Assembly (NCBI GenBank): GCA_036496405.1
Contig: DASXLF010000564.1
Location: 1 to 56,072 of the forward strand
Length of the DNA stretch: 56,072 bases
Reading direction: 5' to 3'
Source of the DNA: Steroidobacteraceae bacterium
GTDB lineage: Bacteria > Pseudomonadota > Gammaproteobacteria > Steroidobacterales > Steroidobacteraceae
The notes under the pieces were generated by a model. The model saw only the letters and a program-made list of their open reading frames with translations. It was not told the origin of the DNA and made no database searches. A program made the position numbers and the translations under genes. Each line of letters opens with the position of its first letter. The first letter of the stretch is position 1. Positions 51,250-56,072 of this stretch are shown here, one piece after another.

Positions 51250-53427
51250 TTGCCCATGACTGTCGATTTGCCCAAGCGCGCGCTGGTGGGCGTGCCGCAT
51301 CCCTTGGGGGCCACCTGGAGCGCCCAGGGCACTAACTTTGCTGTTTTCGCCGGCAACGCTGAACAGCTGGACCTGTGCCTGTTCGACCCCAGTGGCCGTA
51401 CTGAACTGAGACGGCTGGCCATGCCGGATTGCACGGACGGCGTCTGGCATGCGTTGGTTCCCGATCTGCCGCCCGGGCAGTTGTACGGCTATCGCGCTCA
51501 TGGACCCTACGATCCGGAGCAGGGCCATCGCTACAACGCCAACAAGCTGCTGCTCGATCCGTATGCCCGAGCCCTGTCAGGGTCGGTACGCTGGAGCGAT
51601 GCGCTCTATGGCTACCGCGTCACCTCACCGCGAGCGGATCTGTCCTTCGACCGGCGGGACAGCGCCTTTGCCATGCCCAAGGCCGTGGTAACGGTTGACC
51701 GATTCCATTGGGGCGAGGACCGGCCGCCCGCCACGCCCTGGGGCGATACCGTGATCTACGAGGCGCATCTGCGCGGTCTGTCGATGCGCCAGGGCGCCGT
51801 TGCCGAAGCGTTGCGCGGCAGTGCCGCCGCGCTCGGGCACGAAAGCCTGATCGCGCACCTGCAGCGACTCGGCGTCACTGCCGTCGAACTGCTGCCCATC
51901 CAGGCGTTCCTCCAGGATCGGCCATTGCTCGAGCGCGGGTTGGCGAATTACTGGGGCTATAACACGCTGGCGTATTTCGCCCCGGAGCCGCGTTACCTCG
52001 CCAGCGGCGATCTCGATGAGCTCAAAGGCGCCATCAAGGCGCTGCACGCCGCCGGCATCGAGGTGCTCATGGACGTGGTGTACAACCATACCAGCGAGGG
52101 CAGCGAACTCGGTCCCACGCTGAGCCTGCGCGGCCTCGACCATGCCGCCTATTACCGGCTGGTACCGCAGGAGCCGCGGCGTTGCGCCAACTTCAGCGGC
52201 TGCGGCAACACGCTCAATTTCTCCCACCCGCGGGTCATCCAACTGACCATGGATTCGCTGCGCTACTGGGTGCGGGAATTTCATATCGACGGTTTTCGCT
52301 TCGACCTCAGTGTCACTCTCGGGCGCGAAGACAGCGGCTTTGACCCCGGGTCCGGCCTCTTCGATGCCCTGATGCAGGATCCGCTGCTCGCCGGCGTCAA
52401 ACTGATTGCCGAACCCTGGGACCTTGGGCCGGACGGCTTTCAGCTGGGCAATCATCCGCCGGGTATGTCGGAATGGAACTCGCGCTTTCGCGATGAGGTG
52501 CGCCGCGCCTGGCGTGGCGATTCCGGGCAGCGCGGCGCGCTCGCCGCGCGGCTGCAAGGGTCGGCGGATCTGTTCGATCATCATCGGCGCAAACCCTCGG
52601 CCTCATTGAACTTCATCACTGCGCATGACGGTTTCACGCTGCAGGACTGGGTGAGTTTCAATCACAAGCACAACGAGGCCAATGGCGAAGACAATCGCGA
52701 TGGCAGCGATGACAACGCCAGCAACAACTGGGGCGTTGAAGGGCCCAGCGAGGACCCCGCCATCATCTCCGTGCGCGAACGGGTCAAGCGCGCAATGCTG
52801 GCGAGCCTGGTGTTCTCCCACGGCACTCCCATGCTGTTGAGCGGCGATGAATTCGGCCACACTCAGCGGGGTAACAACAACCCGTATTGCCAGGACTCCG
52901 AAATCAGCTGGCTGGATTGGCATCAGGCGCAATCGCCCGCGGGGCTGGAACAGCAACTGTTCGTGGCGCGCCTGCTGCAATTGCGGCGCGATCACTGCAC
53001 TCTGCGCAGCGGCTATTTCCAGCACGGCCTGCTCGAGCCGCTGCCGCAGGTGCGCGATATCGAGTGGTTCGACGAAAACGGCGACGTCATGCGGCCGGAG
53101 GATTGGCACTACACGGAAGGGCGCCTGCTATGCCTGCGCCGCGCGTTGCGCCTGGATGAGGCGCGTGCGGAGGTGAGTCTGCTGCTGATCAATACCACGG
53201 CAGAGGTGCACGGCTTTCAGCTGCCGCAACCGTCACTGCGCTGGTGGCTGCGGCTGAACACCGACGATGGTGCGCTGACCGATCGTCAGCTGGAGGGATC
53301 GCACGTCGAGCTGGCGCCGCACAGCCTGCAGTTGCTGACCGCCGTGGTGGAGGCGCCATCGCCGGAGGGGATCGTGCACACGGCCGGCGACACCGCCGTA
53401 CAGCCGATTCTGCGCACTCGCGACTAG
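51250..53427 (+). CDS. glgX: Glycogen debranching enzyme
   Basis: Motifs LGATWSAQGTNFAVFA, YWGYNTLAYFAPEPRY, VLMDVVYNHT, GFRFDL, IAEPWD and FITAHDGFTL are present. Confidence 0.9.
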   Translation: MPMTVDLPKRALVGVPHPLGATWSAQGTNFAVFAGNAEQLDLCLFDPSGRTELRRLAMPDCTDGVWHALVPDLPPGQLYGYRAHGPYDPEQGHRYNANKLLLDPYARALSGSVRWSDALYGYRVTSPRADLSFDRRDSAFAMPKAVVTVDRFHWGEDRPPATPWGDTVIYEAHLRGLSMRQGAVAEALRGSAAALGHESLIAHLQRLGVTAVELLPIQAFLQDRPLLERGLANYWGYNTLAYFAPEPRYLASGDLDELKGAIKALHAAGIEVLMDVVYNHTSEGSELGPTLSLRGLDHAAYYRLVPQEPRRCANFSGCGNTLNFSHPRVIQLTMDSLRYWVREFHIDGFRFDLSVTLGREDSGFDPGSGLFDALMQDPLLAGVKLIAEPWDLGPDGFQLGNHPPGMSEWNSRFRDEVRRAWRGDSGQRGALAARLQGSADLFDHHRRKPSASLNFITAHDGFTLQDWVSFNHKHNEANGEDNRDGSDDNASNNWGVEGPSEDPAIISVRERVKRAMLASLVFSHGTPMLLSGDEFGHTQRGNNNPYCQDSEISWLDWHQAQSPAGLEQQLFVARLLQLRRDHCTLRSGYFQHGLLEPLPQVRDIEWFDENGDVMRPEDWHYTEGRLLCLRRALRLDEARAEVSLLLINTTAEVHGFQLPQPSLRWWLRLNTDDGALTDRQLEGSHVELAPHSLQLLTAVVEAPSPEGIVHTAGDTAVQPILRTRD

Positions 53428-54704
53428 AACTGCGCTGCCAGGGTTGCGGCCAGTAAGTCCACCTGGGCTTCGGTGTGCGCGGCCGAGAGGAATCCCACTT
53501 CAAAGGCACTCGGCGCCAGGTAGATGCCGCGTGCCAGCAAGGCATGAAACGGCGCCGCAAAGCTGGTCTTGGCATCCTCCGGAAAGTCCTGGGGCGTGCG
53601 TATCGGCAACGCCGGGCGGCCATGTTGCGACAGGCACAGCCAGAAGATCGAGCCCACGCGCTGCATTGCCAGGCACGGAATCTGCGCCACCGCAGCCTCG
53701 AGCCGCGCTCCCAGGCTCTCCAGCTGACGGTATATCCGGCCGTCCTGCAGCTGCCGCAACACCGCCAACCCGGCACACATGGCCAGCGGATTGGCGCTCA
53801 AGGTGCCCGCCTGATACACCGGACCTGCCGGCGCAACTAATTCCATGAGATCCCGCCGGCCGCCATAGGCGCCGACCGGAAATCCGCCGCCGATCACCTT
53901 GCCATAGGTGGCCAGGTCCGGTTTGATCGCGCACACACCGGCATAGCCCTGAAAGCCGATGCGAAAACCCGAAATGACTTCATCGAAAATCAACAGCGCG
54001 CCGTGCGCGCGCGTCAAGCGCGAAAGCGCCTGCAGAAACTCCGCGCGTTGCGGCAGCAGGCCGTAGTTGGCCGGCAGCGGCTCGATGATGGCGGCGGCAA
54101 GTTCAGAGCCGCGGACGGCAAACAGCGTCTCCAGCGCAGCGATGTCGTCGAGTGGCGCAACCAGGGTCTGCTGGACGATATCCGGCGCCAGACCGGCACT
54201 GTCGGGCAACGGCGCCTCGGCGAGTCCCGAGCCGGCACGCAGTAGCATGGAGTCCGTGTGGCCGTGATAGCAGCCTTCGAACTTCAGAATTTTCGATCGG
54301 CCCGTGGCGGCGCGTGCCAGGCGCAAGGCGGACATCACGGCCTCGGTACCGGAGTTCACGAATCGAATGCTTTCAATCCACGGAACCTGTGCGGTGATCA
54401 GCTCCGCCAGTTCGAGGCTGTACGGCTCCGCGGTCCCCAGGCTCCAGCCGCGTGCCAGTGCGGCCTCAGCCTCGGCACGTACCAGCGGATGCGCGTGGCC
54501 AAGAATCAGTGGCCCGAAGGCCATGCAGAAATCGACGTATTCCCGGCCATCGACATCCAGCAAGCAGGCGCCGCGGCCGCCGACCATAAAGCGCGGGGTA
54601 CCCCCGACGCCGCGAAAGGCCCGTACCGGGGAGTGAACACCGCCTGGAGAGACGCGCTGCGCGCGCGCAAACAGCTGCTCGGAGCGGCCCGCGCCCTCGC
54701 TCAT
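53424..54704 (-). CDS. hemL: Glutamate-1-semialdehyde 2,1-aminomutase
   Basis: I trimmed the start to the ATG at 54704 (MSEGAGRSEQLFARAQRVSPGGVHSPVRAF), which overlaps the hemB stop in ATGA. FVNSGTEAVMSALRLAR is present, as is the PLP-lysine context YGKVIGGG. Confidence 0.95.
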   Translation of the reverse strand: MSEGAGRSEQLFARAQRVSPGGVHSPVRAFRGVGGTPRFMVGGRGACLLDVDGREYVDFCMAFGPLILGHAHPLVRAEAEAALARGWSLGTAEPYSLELAELITAQVPWIESIRFVNSGTEAVMSALRLARAATGRSKILKFEGCYHGHTDSMLLRAGSGLAEAPLPDSAGLAPDIVQQTLVAPLDDIAALETLFAVRGSELAAAIIEPLPANYGLLPQRAEFLQALSRLTRAHGALLIFDEVISGFRIGFQGYAGVCAIKPDLATYGKVIGGGFPVGAYGGRRDLMELVAPAGPVYQAGTLSANPLAMCAGLAVLRQLQDGRIYRQLESLGARLEAAVAQIPCLAMQRVGSIFWLCLSQHGRPALPIRTPQDFPEDAKTSFAAPFHALLARGIYLAPSAFEVGFLSAAHTEAQVDLLAATLAAQF

Positions 54705-55678
54705 GTCGTCAGCCATTCGCGAGCGAAACGTGCGCCGTAGGTGATGATGATCGAGGCCCCGGCGCGCTTGAACGCGGTCATGATTTCCCGGTGCAAAGGC
54801 GCGCGCGCGGCCAGGCCCTGGGCGCACAAGGCTTCAAGAGCCGCGAATTCACCGCTAACGTGATACACGGCCCAGGGTTTGTGGATTGACGAGGACAGTT
54901 GCTGCAGCAGATCAAGGTAAGGCAATCCGGGCTTGACCATCAGGATGTCGGCACCTTCCTCGGCATCGCGCTGTGCGCACTGCCAGGCGTCCTGTGGACG
55001 CGCCGGATCCAGCTGATAGCTGGCGCGGTCCTTGAGCCGGGCGCCGGCCTTGGGTGCGGACGCCGCCGCGACGCGAAACGGTCCGTAGAGTGTCGAGTTA
55101 AATTTGACCGCGTAACTCATCAGGACAGTGCGCTCCAGTCCCGCCTGATCCAGGCGCGAGCGAATAGCGCCGATGCGGCCGTCCATCATATCGCTGGGTG
55201 CGACGCAGTCGGCTCCGGCCTGGGCGTAACTCAAGGCCGCCTGTTCCAGTTCGGTCACGCTGGCGCGATTGTCGAGATGATCGCCTTCCGCATTGAGTAC
55301 GCCGCAATGCCCGTGCGGGGTCGAGGAGCACAGGCAAACGTCGACCGCGAGCCAGATTGCATCGCCAAAGCGCTGCTTGAGCGCGCGAATCTGGCCGCTG
55401 GTGAAGGACCAGTCGATGTCGCGCTCGCTGCGGGCGGCCGGTACGCCGAACAACATGAACTTGCTCACGCCGGCGGCGAGATCCTGTTCGACCTGGCGCA
55501 ACAGGGAGTCGCCGGTGTCCTGATGCACTCCGGTCAAGCCCGGCACCGGCTCCCGACCCTTCAGGCCCTCAACCACGAACAGCGGCTGGATCAGCTGGTC
55601 GAGCCGGACGTGTACTTGGCGGGTCAGGGCGCGGACATGCTCGTTTTGCCGCAAGCGGCGCAGATCAAGGGAACTCAT
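54701..55678 (-). CDS. hemB: Porphobilinogen synthase (Zn-type)
   Basis: The Zn cysteine triad is DVCLCSSTPHGHCG. APSDMMDGR is present, as is the active-site lysine context ILMVKPGLPYLD. Confidence 0.95.
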   Translation of the reverse strand: MSSLDLRRLRQNEHVRALTRQVHVRLDQLIQPLFVVEGLKGREPVPGLTGVHQDTGDSLLRQVEQDLAAGVSKFMLFGVPAARSERDIDWSFTSGQIRALKQRFGDAIWLAVDVCLCSSTPHGHCGVLNAEGDHLDNRASVTELEQAALSYAQAGADCVAPSDMMDGRIGAIRSRLDQAGLERTVLMSYAVKFNSTLYGPFRVAAASAPKAGARLKDRASYQLDPARPQDAWQCAQRDAEEGADILMVKPGLPYLDLLQQLSSSIHKPWAVYHVSGEFAALEALCAQGLAARAPLHREIMTAFKRAGASIIITYGARFAREWLTT

Positions 55679-55789
55679 GGGCCCACGATGATGCCGCGAA
55701 CAGCATTACCGCCAGTCATGCTTTGTCACGGCCGGCATGCGGCATTTCACGCTTCGTGCGGACCGGCCTTAAGCTCATACGCCAAAATC

Positions 55790-56072
55790 ATGAGGACAGC
55801 GGCCAGAATCCACGGCCTGATGGTCCACACAGCCTCTGCCCCGGTGAGTATCGACGCCACGCTGGCCGCGAGGGCCGAGGCCGCCTCAGCGCTCCTGCGC
55901 CGTGCCGTGAGCGACTATGGCCGTGTGATCTATGCTAACAGCCTGGGCGCCGAGGCCATGGTGTTGACCGACCTGATATGCACCAGTGCGCCTGAAATCG
56001 ACATGTTCAGCATCGATACCGGCCGTCTGCCCGAAGAGACTTTGACACTGCTCGATCGGCTGGAACGGCGCT
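55790..56072 (+). CDS. cysH: Phosphoadenylyl-/adenylyl-sulfate reductase (5' part only, continues past window end)
   Basis: My own translation from the ATG at 55790 gives ...YANSLGAEAMVLTDLICTSAPEIDMFSIDTGRLPEETLTLLDRLERR, a CysH-type PP-loop region. It is absent from the ORF track because it has no stop. The APS versus PAPS type cannot be decided without the C-terminus. Confidence 0.75.
   Translation, partial: MRTAARIHGLMVHTASAPVSIDATLAARAEAASALLRRAVSDYGRVIYANSLGAEAMVLTDLICTSAPEIDMFSIDTGRLPEETLTLLDRLERR

Noticed and set aside
55723-55938. 71-aa plus-strand ORF in the hemB-cysH region
   Set aside because: A different frame starting at 55790 reads as a CysH PP-loop region. The 71-aa ORF has no features and is out of frame with it.
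1-56072. Mobile elements, CRISPR arrays, tRNA/rRNA genes and classical defence systems (RM, TA, Cas, abortive infection)
   Set aside because: I saw no transposase, integrase or nuclease-type ORFs. There were no regularly spaced direct repeats, and no intergenic region with tRNA-like length or structure. The only low-GC stretches (19770-19960 and 40470-40510) are short regulatory spacers rather than island boundaries.

Overview
High-GC (roughly 65%) chromosomal window from a Gram-negative bacterium. A gammaproteobacterium is my guess only. I call about 44 CDS, densely packed and often translationally coupled through ATGA/GTGA start-stop overlaps. I recognised no rRNA, tRNA, CRISPR array, IS element, integrase or classical defence gene. 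All family assignments come from motifs I read in the translations, not from searches.

Gene content, left to right:
(1) 1-4048, minus strand: DUF4331 / small lipoprotein / TPR / HupE-UreJ operon. The HupE gene is missing from the ORF track because it runs off the window edge.
(2) 4185-12668: housekeeping and accessory genes. These are an alpha/beta hydrolase, beta-carbonic anhydrase, glutathione peroxidase, KirBac-type K+ channel, TonB-dependent receptor, rhomboid, EamA and AEC transporters.
(3) 12699-25307: a 12.6 kb locus of ten proteins that all look exported, in two divergent operons. The minus operon encodes a hydrazine-synthase-alpha-like propeller/dihaem lipoprotein, two outer-membrane barrels, TlpA thioredoxin, DUF4266, DUF3570 and a SYLF protein. 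The plus operon encodes a monohaem DUF1588-like protein, a dihaem LamG lipoprotein and a Tat-exported DUF1501-like protein.
(4) 25478-35687, plus strand: a ten-gene operon with a TlpA-like redoxin, two giant TPR proteins, two orphan secreted proteins, one ExbB, two ExbD and a PglI/AgmX-like TonB protein. This composition recalls the Myxococcus Agl-Glt/Nfs core.
(5) 35713-56072: central metabolism. This covers a CPA2 K+/H+ antiporter, ppc, a long sulfite reductase with a coupled unknown ORF, the GlgE alpha-glucan operon (glgE, treS-mak fusion, glgB, glgX), hemL, hemB and a partial cysH.

The best candidates for an undescribed system are locus (3), then locus (4), then locus (1).
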